Shown one piece after another: positions 24,541 to 39,500 of a stretch of 64,000 nt of DNA. The notes beneath the pieces were generated by a model, which made no database searches, was not told the origin of the DNA, and saw nothing but the letters and a program-made list of their open reading frames with translations. The stretch is from Squalus acanthias (taxonomy: Eukaryota). The number at the start of each line of letters is the position of its first letter. Positions within the stretch are counted from its first letter, which is position 1. The position numbers and the translations under genes are program-made. The DNA is taken from positions 186,001 through 250,000 of the forward strand of contig JASTWF010000365.1 in the NCBI GenBank assembly GCA_030390025.1, in the 5' to 3' direction.

Positions 24541-27500
24541 AGAGAGAGAGAGAGATATAGAGAGAGAGAGAGACACAGAAAGAGAGAGAGACAGAGACAG
24601 AAAGAGAGAGGCAGATACAGAAAGAGAGACACAGATACAGAAAGAGAGAGAGACAGATACAGAAAGAGAGAGACACAGATACAGAAAGAGAGAGAGATAG
24701 ATACAGAAAGAGAGTGAGAGACAGATACAGAAAGAGAGAGAGACAGATACAGAAAGAGAGAGACACAGATACAGAAAGAGAGAAAGACAGATACAGAAAG
24801 AGAGAGAGAGACAGATACAGAAAGAGAGAGAGACAGATACAGAAAGAGAGAGACACAGATACAGAAAGAGAGAGAGACAGATACAGAAAGAGGGAGAGAC
24901 AGATACAGAAAGAGAGAGAGACAGATACAGAAAGAGAGAGAGAGACAGATACAGAGACAAAAAGATACAGAAATAGAGAGAGACAGATACAGAAAGAGAG
25001 AGAGACAGATACAGAAAGAGAGAGAGACACAGATACAGAAAGAGAGAGATACAGAAAGAGAGAGACGGATACAGAAAGAGAGAGAGACTGATACAGAAAG
25101 AGAGAGAGAGACAGATACAGAAAGAGAGAGAGAGACAGATACAGAAAGAGAGAGAGAGACAGATACAGAAAGAGAGAGAGACACAGATACAGAAAGAGAG
25201 AGAGATAGATACAGAAAGAGAGTGAGAGACAGATACAGAAAGAGAGAGAGACAGATACAGAAAGAGAGAGACACAGATACAGAAAGAGAGAAAGACAGAT
25301 ACAGAAAGAGAGAGAGAGACAGATACAGAAAGAGAGAGAGACAGATACAGAAAGAGAGAGACACAGATACAGAAAGAGAGAGAGACAGATACAGAAAGAG
25401 GGAGAGACAGATACAGAAAGAGAGAGAGAGACAGATACAGAAAGAGAGAGAGACAGATACAGAAAGAGAGAGAGAGACAGATACAGAAAGAGAGAGAGAC
25501 AGATACAGAAAGAGAGAGAGAGAGATACAGAAAGAGAGAGAGACAGATACAGAAAGAGAGAGACAGATACAGAAAGAGAGAGAGAGACAGATACAGAAAG
25601 AGAGCAAGGGACAGATACAGAAAGAGAGAGAGACAGATACAGAAAGAGAGAGAGACAGATACAGAAAGGGAGAGAATTACACAGAAAGAGAGAGAGAGAG
25701 ACAGATACAGAGAGAGACATTTATAGAAAGAGAGAGAGACAGATACAGAAAGAGAGAGAGAGACAGATACAGAAAGAGAGAGACACAGATACAGAAAGAG
25801 AGAGAGATAGATACAGAAAGAGAGTGAGAGACAGATACAGAAAGAGAGAGAGACAGATACAGAAAGAGAGAGACACAGATACAGAAAGAGAGAAAGACAG
25901 ATACAGAAAGAGAGAGAGAGACAGATACAGAAAGAGAGAGAGACAGATACAGAAAGAGAGAGACACAGATACAGAAAGAGAGAGAGACAGATACAGAAAG
26001 AGGGAGAGACAGATACAGAAAGAGAGAGAGAGACAGATACAGAAAGAGAGAGAGACAGATACAGAAAGAGAGAGAGAGACAGATACAGAAAGAGAGAGAG
26101 ACAGATACAGAAAGAGAGAGACAGATACAGAAAGAGAGAGAGAGACAGATACAGAAAGAGAGCAAGGGACAGATACAGAAAGAGAGAGAGACAGATACAG
26201 AATGAGTGGGAGATCGATTCAGAAAGGGAGAGAGAGATACAGAAATAGAGAGAGAGAGACAGATACAGAGAGAGACATTTATAGAAAGAGAGAGAGACAG
26301 ATACAGAAAGAGAGAGAGAGACAGATACAGAAAGAGAGCAAGGGACAGATACAGAAAGAGAGAGAGACAGATACAGAAAGAGAGAGAGACAGATACAGAA
26401 AGGGAGAGAATTACACAGAAAGAGAGAGAGAGAGACAGATACAGAGACAAAAAGATACAGAAATAGAGAGAGACAGATACAGAAAGAGAGAGAGACAGAT
26501 ACAGAAAGAGAGAGAGACACAGATACAGAAAGAGAGAGATACAGAAAGAGAGAGACGGATACAGAAAGAGAGAGAGACTGATACAGAAAGAGAGAGAGAG
26601 ACAGATACAGAAAGAGAGAGAGAGACAGATACAGAAAGAGAGAGAGAGACAGATACAGAAAGAGAGAGAGACACAGATACAGAAAGAGAGAGAGACACAG
26701 ATACAGAAAGAGAGAGAGAGACACAGATACAGAAAGAGAGAGAGAGAGATACAGAAAGAGAGCGAGACAGATACAGAAAGAAAGGGAGACACAGATACAG
26801 AAAGAGAGAGAGAGAGATACAGAAAGAGAGAGAGGCAGAGACAGAAAGAGAGAGGCAGATACAGAAAGAGAGACACAGATACAGAAAGAGAGAGAGACAG
26901 ATACAGAAAGAGAGAGAGACAGAGACAGAAAGAGAGAGGCAGATACAGAAAGAGAGACACAGATACAGAAAGAGAGAGAGACAGATACAGAAAGAGAGAG
27001 AGACAGATACAGAAAGAGAGCGAGATAGATACAGAAAGAGAGAGAGACAGATACAGAAAGAGAGAGAGACAGATACAGAAAGAGAGAGACACAGATACAG
27101 AAAGAGAGAGAGAGACAGATACAGAAAGAGAGAGAGAGACAGATTCAGAAAGAGAGAGAGACAGATACAGAAAGAGAGAGACACAGATACATAAAGAGAG
27201 AGAGACAGATACAGAAAGAGGGAGAGACAGATACAGAAAGAGAGAGAGAGACAGATACAGAGAGAGAGACAGATACAGAAAGAGAGAGAGAGAGAGATAC
27301 AGAAAGAGAGAGACAGATACAGAAAGAGAGAGACAGATATATAAAGAGAGAGAAACAGATACAGAAAGAGAGAGAGACAGACACAGAATGAGTGGGAGAT
27401 AGATTCAGAAAGGGAGAGAGAGATACAGAAAGAGAGAGAGAGAGGCAGATACAGAGAGAGACATTTATAGAAAGAGAGAGAGACAGATACAGAAAGAGAG

Positions 27501-30500
27501 AGAGAGACAGATACAGAAAGAGAGCGAGGGACAGATACAGAAAGAGAGAGAGACAGAAAGAGAGAGAGAGAGACAGATACAGAGACAAAAAGATACAGAA
27601 ATAGAGAGAGACAGATACAGAAAGTGAGAGACAGATACAGAAAGAGAGAGAGACACAGATACAGAAAGAGAGAGATACAGAAAGAGAGAGACGGATACAG
27701 AAAGAGAGAGAGACTGATACAGATAGAGAGAGAGAGACAGATACAGAAAGAGAGAGAGAGACAGATACAGAAAGAGAGACAGAGACAGATACAGAAAGAG
27801 AGAGAGAGACAGATACAGAAAGAGAGAGAGAGACAGATACAGAAAGAGAGAGAGAGCGACAGATACAGAAGGAGAGCGAGGGACAGACGCAGAAAGAGAG
27901 AGAGACAGATACAGAAAGAGAGAGAGACAGATACAGAAAGAGAGAGAGAGACAGAGACAGAAAGAGAGAGAGACAGATACAGAAAGGGAGAGAGAGATAC
28001 AGAAAGAGAGAGAGAGAGACAGATACAGAGACAAAAAGATACAGAAATAGAGAGAGACAGATACAGAAAGAGAGAGACACAGATACAGAAAGAGGGAGAT
28101 ACAGAAAGAGAGAGACGGATACAGAAAGAGAGAGAGAGACAGATACAGAAAGAGAGAGAGAGACAGATACAGAAAGAGAGAGAGAGACAGATACAGAAAG
28201 AGAGAGAGACACAGATACAGAAAGAGAGAGAGACACAGATACAGAAAGAGAGAGACAGAGATACAGAAAGAGAGCGAGACAGATACAGAAAGAAAGAGAG
28301 ACACAGATACAGAAAGAGAGAGAGAGAGATACAGAAAGAGAGAGAGACAGAGACAGAAAGAGAGAGGCAGATACAGAAAGAGAGACACAGATACAGAAAG
28401 AGAGAGAGAGACAGATACAGAAAGAGAGAGAGACAGAGACAGAAAGAGAGAGGCAGATGCAGAAAGAGAGACACAGATACAGAAAGAGAGAGAGACAGAT
28501 ACAGAAAGAGAGAGACACAGATACAGAAAGAGAGAGAGATAGATACAGAAAGAGAGAGAGAGACAGATACAGAAAGAGAGAGAGACAGATACAGAAAGAG
28601 AGAGACACAGATACAGAAAGAGAGAGAGACAGATACAGAAAGAGAGAGCGAGACAGATACAGAAAGAAAGGGAGACACAGATACAGAAAGAGAGAGACAC
28701 AGATACAGAAAGAGAGAGAGACAGATACAGAAAGAGGGAGAGACAGATACAGAAAGAGAGAGAGAGACAGATACAGAGAGAGAGACAGATACAGAAAGAG
28801 AGAGAGAGACAGATACAGAAAGAGAGAGAGAGCGACAGATACAGAAATAGAGCGAGGGACAGACACAGAAAGAGAGAGAGACAGATACAGAAAGAGAGAG
28901 AGACAGATACAGAAAGAGAGAGAGAGACAGAGACAGAAAGAGAGAGAGACAGATACAGAAAGGGAGAGAGAGATACAAAAAGAGAGAGAGAGAGACAGAT
29001 ACAGAGACAAAAAGACACAGAAATAGAGAGAGACAGATACAGAAAGAGAGAGACACAGATACAGAAAGAGAGAGATACAGAAAGAGAGAGACGGATACAG
29101 AAAGAGAGAGAGAGACAGATACAGAAAGAGAGAGAGAGACAGATACAGAAAGAGAGAGAGAGACAGATACAGAAAGAGAGAGAGACACAGATACAGAAAG
29201 AGAGAGAGACACAGATACAGAAAGAGAGAGAGAGACACAGATACAGAAAGAGAGAGAGAGATACAGAAAGAGAGCGAGACAGATACAGAAAGAAAGAGAG
29301 ACACAGATACAGAAAGAGAGAGAGAGAGATACAGATAGAGAGAGAGACAGAGACAGAAAGAGAGAGGCAGATACAGAAAGAGAGACACAGATACAGAAAG
29401 AGAGAGAGACAGATACAGAAAGAGAGAGAGACAGAGACAGAAAGAGAGAGGCAGATACAGAAAGAGAGACACAGATACAGAAAGAGAGAGAGACAGATAC
29501 AGAAAGAGAGAGACACAGATACAGAAAGAGAGAGCGATAGATACAGAAAGAGAGAGAGACAGATACTGAAAGAGAGAGAGACAGATACAGAAAGAGAGAG
29601 ACACAGATACAGAAAGAGAGAGAGACAGATACAGAAAGAGAGAGAGAGACAGATACAGAAAGAGAGAGACACAGATACAGAAAGAGAGAGACACAGATAC
29701 AGAAAGAGAGAGAGACAGATACAGAAAGAGGGAGAGACAGATACAGAAAGAGAGAGAGAGACAGATACAGAGAGAGAGACAGATACAGAAAGAGAGAGAG
29801 AGACAGATACAGAAAGAGAGAGAGACAGATACAGAAAGAGAGAGAGAGAGAGATACAGAAAGACAGAGACAGATACAGAAAGAGAGAGACAGATACAGAA
29901 AGAGAGAGAAACAGATACAGAAAGAGAGAGAGACAGACACAGAATGAGTGGGAGATAGATTCAGAAAGGGAGAGAGAGATACAGAAAGAGAGAGAGAGAG
30001 ACAGATACAGAGAGAGACATTTATAGAAAGAGAGAGAGGCAGATACAGAAAGAGAGAGAGAGACAGATACAGAAAGAGAGCGAGGGACAGATACAGAAAG
30101 AGAGAGAGACAGATACAGAAAGAGAGAGAGACAGATACAGAAAGGGAGAGAGAGATACAGAAAGAGAGAGAGAGAGACAGATACAGAGACAAAAAGATAC
30201 AGAAATAGAGAGAGACAGATACAGAAAGTGAGAGACAGATACAGAAAGAGAGAGAGACACAGATACAGAAAGAGAGAGATACAGAAAGAGAGTGACGGAT
30301 ACAGAAAGAGAGAGAGACTGATACAGAAAGAGAGAGAGAGACAGATACAGAAATAGAGAGAGAGACAGATACAGAAAGAGAGAGAGACACAGATACAGAA
30401 AGAGAGAGAGAGACAGATACAGAAATAGAGAGAGAGACAGATACAGAAAGAGAGAGAGAGCGACAGATACAGAAAGAGAGCGAGGGACAGACACAGAAAG

Positions 30501-33500
30501 AGAGAGAGACAGATACAGAAAGAGAGAGAGACAGATACAGAAAGAGAGAGAGAGACAGAGACAGAAAGAGAGAGAGACAGATACAGAAAGAGAGAGACAG
30601 ATACAGAAAGGGAGAGAGAGATACAGAAAGAGAGAGAGAGAGACAGATACAGAGACAAAAAGATACAGAATTAGAGAGAGACAGATACAGAAAGAGAGAG
30701 ACACAGATACCGAAAGAGAGAGATACAGAAAGAGAGAGACGGATACAGAAAGAGAGAGAGACTGATACAGAAAGAGAGAGAGAGACAGATACAGAAAGAG
30801 AGAGAGAGACAGATACAGAAAGAGAGAGAGAGACAGATACAGAAAGAGAGAGAGAGACAGATACAGAAAGAGAGAGAGAGACAGATACAGAAAGAGAGAG
30901 AGAGACAGATACAGAAAGAGAGAGAGAGTGACAGATACAGAAAGAGAGCGAGGGACAGACACAGAAAGAGAGAGAGACAGATACAGAAAGAGAGAGAGAC
31001 AGATACAGAAAGAGAGAGAGAGATAGAGACAGAAAGTGAGAGAGACAGATACAGAAAGAGAGAGAGAGACAGATACAGAAAGAGAGAGACAGATACAGAA
31101 AGTGAGAGAGAGACAGATACAGAAAGAGAGAGAGAGACAGATACAGAAAGAAAGACAGATACAGAAAGAGCGAGAGAGAGATACAGAAAGCGAGAGAGAC
31201 AGATACAGAAAGAGAGAGACAGATACAGAAAGAGAGAGAAACAGATACAGAAAGAGAGAGAGACAGATACAGAAAGAGAGAGAGACAGATACAGAAAGGG
31301 AGAGAGAGATACAGAAAGAGAGAGAGAGAGACAGATACAGAGAGAAAAAGATACAGAAATAGAGAGAGACAGATACAGAAAGAGAGCGAGACAGATACAG
31401 AAAGAGAGAAAGACACAGATACAGAAAGAGAGAGATACAGAAAGAGAGAGACGGATACAGAAAGAGAGAGAGACAGATACAGAAAGAGGGAGAGACAGAT
31501 ACAGAAAGAGAGAGAGAGACAGATACAGAAAGAGAGAGAGACAGATACAGAAAGAGAGAGAGAGACAGATACAGAGACAAAAAGATACAGAAATAGAGAG
31601 AGACAGATACAGAAAGAGAGAGAGACAGATACAGAAAGAGAGAGAGACACAGATACAGAAAGAGAGAGATACAGAAAGAGAGAGACGGATACAGAAAGAG
31701 AGAGAGACTGATACAGAAAGAGAGAGAGAGACAGATACAGAAAGAGAGAGAGAGACAGATACAGAAAGAGAGAGAGAGACAGATACAGAAAGAGAGAGAG
31801 ACACAGATACAGAAAGAGAGAGAGATAGATACAGAAAGAGAGTGAGAGACAGATACAGAAAGAGAGAGAGACAGATACAGAAAGAGAGAGACACAGATAC
31901 AGAAAGAGAGAAAGACAGATACAGAAAGAGAGAGAGAGACAGATACAGAAAGAGAGAGAGACAGATACAGAAAGAGAGAGACACAGATACAGAAAGAGAG
32001 AGAGACAGATACAGAAAGAGGGAGAGACAGATACAGAAAGAGAGAGAGAGACAGATACAGAAAGAGAGAGAGACAGATACAGAAAGAGAGAGAGAGAGAC
32101 AGATACAGAAAGAGAGAGAGACAGATACAGAAAGAGAGAGAGAGAGATACAGAAAGAGAGAGAGACAGATACAGAAAGAGAGCAAGGGACAGATACAGAA
32201 AGAGAGAGAGACAGATACAGAAAGAGAGAGAGACAGATACAGAAAGGGAGAGAATTACACAGAAAGAGAGAGAGAGAGACAGATACAGAGAGAGACATTT
32301 ATAGAAAGAGAGAGAGACAGATACAGAAAGAGAGAGAGAGACAGATACAGAAAGAGAGAGACACAGATCCAGAAAGAGAGAGAGATAGATACAGAAAGAG
32401 AGTGAGAGACAGATACAGAAAGAGAGAGAGACAGATACAGAAAGAGAGAGACACAGATACAGAAAGAGAGAAAGACAGATACAGAAAGAGAGAGAGAGAC
32501 AGATACAGAAAGAGAGAGAGACAGATACAGAAAGAGAGAGACACAGATACAGAAAGAGAGAGAGACAGATACAGAAAGAGGGAGAGACAGATACAGAAAG
32601 AGAGAGAGAGACAGATACAGAAAGAGAGAGAGACAGATACAGAAAGAGAGAGAGAGACAGATACAGAAAGAGAGAGAGACAGATACAGAAAGAGAGAGAC
32701 AGATACAGAAAGAGAGAGAGAGACAGATACAGAAAGAGAGCAAGGGACAGATACAGAAAGAGAGAGAGACAGATACAGAATGAGTGGGAGATAGATTCAG
32801 AAAGGGAGAGAGAGATACAGAAATAGAGAGAGAGAGACAGATACAGAGAGAGACATTTATAGAAAGAGAGAGAGACAGATACAGAAAGAGAGAGAGAGAC
32901 AGATACAGAAAGAGAGCAAGGGACAGATACAGAAAGAGAGAGAGACAGATACAGAAAGAGAGAGAGACAGATACAGAAAGGGAGAGAATTACACAGAAAG
33001 AGAGAGAGAGAGACAGATACAGAGACAAAAAGATACAGAAATAGAGAGAGACAGATACAGAAAGAGAGAGAGACAGATACAGAAAGAGAGAGAGACACAG
33101 ATACAGAAAGAGAGAGATACAGAAAGAGAGAGACGGATACAGAAAGAGAGAGAGACTGATACAGAAAGAGAGAGAGAGACAGATACAGAAAGAGAGAGAG
33201 AGACAGATATAGAAAGAGAGAGAGAGACAGATACAGAAAGAGAGAGAGACACAGATACAGAAAGAGAGAGAGACACAGATACAGAAAGAGAGAGAGAGAC
33301 ACAGATACAGAAAGAGAGAGAGAGAGATACAGAAAGAGAGCGAGACAGATACAGAAAGAAAGGGAGACACAGATACAGAAAGAGAGAGAGAGAGATACAG
33401 AAAGAGATAGAGGCAGAGACAGAAAGAGAGAGGCAGATACAGAAAGAGAGACACAGATACAGAAAGAGAGAGAGACAGATACAGAAAGAGAGAGAGACAG

Positions 33501-36500
33501 AGACAGAAAGAGAGAGGCAGATACAGAAAGAGAGACACAGATACAGAAAGAGAGAGAGACAGATACAGAAAGAGAGAGAGACAGATACAGAAAGAGAGAG
33601 ACAGATACAGAAAGGGAGAGAGAGATACAGAAAGAGAGAGAGAGACAGATACAGAAAGAGAGAGAGACAGATACAGAAAGAGAGAGACACAGATACAGAA
33701 AGAGAGAGAGAGACAGATACAGAAAGAGAGAGAGAGACAGATACAGAAAGAGAGAGAGACAGATACAGAAAGAGAGAGACACAGATACAGAAAGAGAGAG
33801 AGACAGATACAGAAAGAGGGAGAGACAGATACAGAAAGAGAGAGAGAGACAGATACAGAGAGAGAGACAGATACAGAAAGAGAGAGAGAGAGAGATACAG
33901 AAAGAGAGAGACAGATACAGAAAGAGAGAGACAGATATATAAAGAGAGAGAAACAGATACAGAAAGAGAGAGAGACAGACACAGAATGAGTGGGAGATAG
34001 ATTCAGAAAGGGAGAGAGAGATACAGAAAGAGAGAGAGAGAGGCAGATACAGAGAGAGACATTTATAGAAAGAGAGAGAGACAGATACAGAAAGAGAGAG
34101 AGAGACAGATACAGAAAGAGAGCGAGGGACAGATACAGAAAGAGAGAGAGACAGATACAGAAAGAGAGAGAGACAGATACAGAAAGGGAGAGAGAGATAC
34201 AGAAAGAGAGAGAGAGAGACAGATACAGAGACAAAAAGATACAGAAATAGAGAGAGACAGATACAGAAAGTGAGAGACAGATACAGAAAGAGAGAGAGAC
34301 ACAGATACAGAAAGAGAGAGATACAGAAAGAGAGAGACGGATACAGAAAGAGAGAGAGACTGATACAGATAGAGAGAGAGAGACAGATACAGAAAGAGAG
34401 AGAGAGACAGATACAGAAAGAGAGACAGAGACAGATACAGAAAGAGAGAGAGAGACAGATACAGAAAGAGAGAGAGAGACAGATACAGAAAGAGAGAGAG
34501 AGCGACAGATACAGAAAGAGAGCGAGGGACAGACGCAGAAAGAGAGAGAGACAGATACAGAAAGAGAGAGAGACAGATACAGAAAGAGAGAGAGAGACAG
34601 AGACAGAAAGAGAGAGAGACAGATACAGAAAGGGAGAGAGAGATACAGAAAGAGAGAGAGAGAGACAGATACAGAGACAAAAAGATACAGAAATAGAGAG
34701 AGACAGATACAGAAAGAGAGAGACACAGATACAGAAAGAGGGAGATACAGAAAGAGAGAGACGGATACAGAAAGAGAGAGAGAGACAGATACAGAAAGAG
34801 AGAGAGAGACAGATACAGAAAGAGAGAGAGAGACAGATACAGAAAGAGAGAGAGACACAGATACAGAAAGAGAGAGAGACACAGATACAGAAAGAGAGAG
34901 ACAGAGATACAGAAAGAGAGCGAGACAGATACAGAAAGAAAGAGAGACACAGATACAGAAAGAGAGAGAGAGAGATACAGAAAGAGAGAGAGACAGAGAC
35001 AGAAAGAGAGAGGCAGATACAGAAAGAGAGACACAGATACAGAAAGAGAGAGAGACAGATACAGAAAGAGAGAGAGACAGAGACAGAAAGAGAGAGGCAG
35101 ATACAGAAAGAGAGACACAGATACAGAAAGAGAGAGAGACAGATACAGAAAGAGAGAGACACAGATACAGAAAGAGAGAGATATAGATACAGAAAGAGAG
35201 AGAGAGACAGATACAGAAAGAGAGAGAGACAGATACAGAAAGAGAGAGACACAGATACAGAAAGAGAGAGAGACAGATACAGAAAGAGAGAGAGAGACAG
35301 ATACAGAAAGAGAGAGAGACAGATACAGAAAGAGAGACACACAGAAACAGAAAGAGAGAGAGACAGATACAGAAAGAGGGAGAGACAGATACAGAAAGAG
35401 AGAGAGAGACAGATACAGAGAGAGAGACAGATACAGAAAGAGAGAGAGAGACAGATACAGAAAGAGAGAGAGACAGATACAGAAAGAGAGAGACAGATAC
35501 AGAAAGAGAGAGAAACAGATACAGAAAGAGAGAGAGACAGATACAGAAAGAGAGAGAGACAGATACAGAAAGGGAGAGAGAGATACAGAAAGAGAGAGAG
35601 AGAGACAGATACAGAGAGAAAAAGATACAGAAATAGAGAGAGACAGATACAGAAAGAGAGCGAGACAGATACAGAAAGAGAGAAAGACACAGATACAGAA
35701 AGAGAGAGTTACAGAAAGAGAGAGACGGATACAGAAAGAGAGAGAGACAGATATAGAAAGAGGGAGAGACAGATACAGAAAGAGAGAGAGAGACAGATAC
35801 AGAAAGAGAGAGAGACAGATACAGAAAGAGAGAGAGAGACAGATACAGAGACAAAAAGATACAGAAATAGAGAGAGACAGATACAGAAAGAGAGAGAGAC
35901 AGATACAGAAAGAGAGAGAGACACAGATACAGAAAGAGAGAGATACAGAAAGAGAGAGACGGATACAGAAAGAGAGAGAGACTGATACAGAAAGAGAGAG
36001 AGAGACAGATACAGAAAGAGAGAGAGAGACAGATACAGAAAGAGAGAGAGAGACAGATACAGAAAGAGAGAGAGACACAGATACAGAAAGAGAGAGAGAT
36101 AGATACAGAAAGAGAGTGAGAGACAGATACAGAAAGAGAGAGAGACAGATACAGAAAGAGAGAGACACAGATACAGAAACAGAGAAAGACAGATACAGAA
36201 AGAGAGAGAGAGACAGATACAGAAAGAGAGAGAGACAGATACAGAAAGAGAGAGACACAGATACAGAAAGAGAGAGAGACAGATACAGAAAGAGGGAGAG
36301 ACAGATACAGAAAGAGAGAGAGAGACAGATACAGAAAGAGAGAGAGACAGATACAGAAAGAGAGAGAGAGACAGATACAGAAAGAGAGAGAGACAGATAC
36401 AGAAAGAGAGAGAGAGAGATACAGAAAGAGAGAGAGACAGATACAGAAAGAGAGAGACAGATACAGAAAGAGAGAGAGAGACAGATACAGAAAGAGAGCA

Positions 36501-39500
36501 AGGGACAGATACAGAAAGAGAGAGAGACAGATACAGAAAGAGAGAGAGACAGATACAGAACGGGAGAGAATTACACAGAAAGAGAGAGAGAGAGACAGAT
36601 ACAGAGAGAGACATTTATAGAAAGAGAGAGAGACAGATACAGAAAGAGAGAGAGAGACAGATACAGAAAGAGAGAGACACAGATACAGAAAGAGAGAGAG
36701 ATAGATACAGAAAGAGAGTGAGAGACAGATACAGAAAGAGAGAGAGACAGATACAGAAAGAGAGAAAGACAGATACAGAAAGAGAGAGAGAGACAGATAC
36801 AGAAAGAGAGAGAGACAGATACAGAAAGAGAGAGACACAGATACAGAAAGAGAGAGAGACAGATACAGAAAGAGGGAGAGACAGATACAGAAAGAGAGAG
36901 AGAGACAGATACAGAAAGAGAGAGAGACAGATACAGAAAGAGAGAGAGAGACAGATACAGAAAGAGAGAGAGACAGATACAGAAAGAGAGAGACAGATAC
37001 AGAAAGAGAGAGAGAGACAGATACAGAAAGAGAGCAAGGGACAGATACAGAAAGAGAGAGAGACAGATACAGAATGAGTGGGAGATAGATTCAGAAAGGG
37101 AGAGAGAGATACAGAAATAGAGAGAGAGAGACAGATACAGAGAGAGACATTTATAGAAAGAGAGAGAGACAGATACAGAAAGAGAGAGAGAGACAGATAC
37201 AGAAAGAGAGCAAGGGACAGATACAGAAAGAGAGAGAGACAGATACAGAAAGAGAGAGAGACAGATACAGAAAGGGAGAGAATTACACAGAAAGAGAGAG
37301 AGAGAGACAGATACAGAGACAAAAAGATACAGAAATAGAGAGAGACAGATACAGAAAGAGAGAGAGACAGATACAGAAAGAGAGAGAGACACAGATACAG
37401 AAAGAGAGAGATACAGAAAGAGAGAGACGGATACAGAAAGAGAGAGAGACTGATACAGAAAGAGAGAGAGAGACAGATACAGAAAGAGAGAGAGAGACAG
37501 ATACAGAAAGAGAGAGAGAGACAGATACAGAAAGAGAGAGAGACACAGATACAGAAAGAGAGAGAGACACAGATACAGAAAGAGAGAGAGAGACACAGAT
37601 ACAGAAAGAGAGAGAGAGAGATACAGAAAGAGAGCGAGACAGATACAGAAAGAAAGGGAGACACAGATACAGAAAGAGAGAGAGAGATACAGAAAGAGAT
37701 AGAGGCAGAGACAGAAAGAGAGAGGCAGATACAGAAAGAGAGACACAGATACAGAAAGAGAGAGAGACAGATACAGAAAGAGAGAGAGACAGAGACAGAA
37801 AGAGAGAGGCAGATACAGAAAGAGAGACACAGATACAGAAAGAGAGAGAGACAGATACAGAAAGAGAGAGAGACAGATACAGAAAGAGAGCGAGATAGAT
37901 ACAGAAAGAGAGAGAGAGACAGATACAGAAAGAGAGAGAGACAGATACAGAAAGAGAGAGACACAGATACAGAAAGAGAGAGAGACAGATACAGAAAGAG
38001 AGAGAGAGACAGATACAGAAAGAGAGAGAGACAGATACAGAAAGAGAGAGACACAGATACAGAAAGAGAGAGAGACAGATACAGAAAGAGGGAGAGACAG
38101 ATACAGAAAGAGAGAGAGAGACAGATACAGAGAGAGAGACAGATACAGAAAGAGAGAGAGAGAGAGATACAGAAAGAGAGAGACAGATACAGAAAGAGAG
38201 AGACAGATATATAAAGAGAGAGAAACAGATACAGAAAGAGAGAGAGACAGACACAGAATGAGTGGGAGATAGATTCAGAAAGGGAGAGAGAGATACAGAA
38301 AGAGAGAGAGAGAGGCAGATACAGAGAGAGACATTTATAGAAAGAGAGAGAGACAGATACAGAAAGAGAGAGAGAGACAGATACAGAAAGAGAGCGAGGG
38401 ACAGATACAGAAAGAGAGAGAGACAGATACAGAAAGAGAGAGAGACAGATACAGAAAGGGAGAGAGAGATACAGAAAGAGAGAGAGAGAGACAGATACAG
38501 AGACAAAAAGATACAGAAATAGAGAGAGACAGATACAGAAAGTGAGAGACAGATACAGAAAGAGAGAGAGACACAGATACAGAAAGAGAGAGATACAGAA
38601 AGAGCGAGACGGATACAGAAAGAGAGAGAGACTGATACAGATAGAGAGAGAGAGACGGATACAGAAAGAGAGAGAGAGACAGATACAGAAAGAGAGACAG
38701 AGACAGATACAGAAAGAGAGAGAGAGACAGATACAGAAGAGAGAGAGAGACAGATACAGAAAGAGAGAGAGAGCGACAGATACAGAAAGAGAGCGAGGGA
38801 CAGACGCAGAAAGAGAGAGAGACAGATACAGAAAGAGAGAGAGACAGATACAGAAAGAGAGAGAGAGACAGAGACAGAAAGAGAGAGAGACAGATACAGA
38901 AAGGGAGAGAGAGATACAGAAAGAGAGAGAGAGAGACAGATACAGAGACAAAAAGATACAGAAATAGAGAGAGACAGATACAGAAAGAGAGAGACACAGA
39001 TACAGAAAGAGGGAGATACAGAAAGAGAGAGACGGATACAGAAAGAGAGAGAGAGACAGATACAGAAAGAGAGAGAGAGACAGATACAGAAAGAGAGAGA
39101 GAGACAGATACAGAAAGAGAGAGAGACACAGATACAGAAAGAGAGAGAGACAGATACAGAAAGAGGGAGAGACAGATACAGAAAGAGGGAGAGACAGATA
39201 CAGAAAGAGAGAGAGAGACAGATACAGAGAGAGAGACAGATACAGAAAGAGAGAGAGAGACAGATACAGAAAGAGAGAGAGACAGATACAGAAAGAGAGA
39301 GAGAGAGAGATACAGAAAGAGAGCGAGACAGATACAGAAAGAGGGAGATACAGAAAGAGAGAGACGGATACAGAAAGAGAGAGAGAGACAGATACAGAAA
39401 GAGAGAGAGAGACAGATACAGAAAGAGAGAGAGAGACAGATACAGAAAGAGAGAGAGACACAGATACAGAAAGAGAGAGAGACACAGATACAGAAAGAGA

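Larger units (their letters stand above)
19200..38500 (+). repeat. Domain C1: four irregularly spaced copies of a multi-kb higher-order block
   Basis: An ordered marker set recurs four times: GAGAATTACAC, then GACATTTATAG (TTA at 20594, 25721, 32299, 36615), then GTGGGAGATAGATTC (21125, 26206, 32784, 37078), then a second GTGGGAGATAGATTC (22311, 27392, 33990, 38262). GAGAATTACAC and GAGCAAGGGAC are not seen after ~37.3 kb. Confidence 0.85.

Noticed and set aside
27338..38215. TATATAAA (TATA-box match) at 27338, 33936 and 38208, ~50 bp upstream of the landmark GAATGAG
   Set aside because: It is a single C>T change from GATACATAAAG (seen at ~22255) that was copied by duplication. The downstream ATG opens only a few codons and there is no other promoter evidence.
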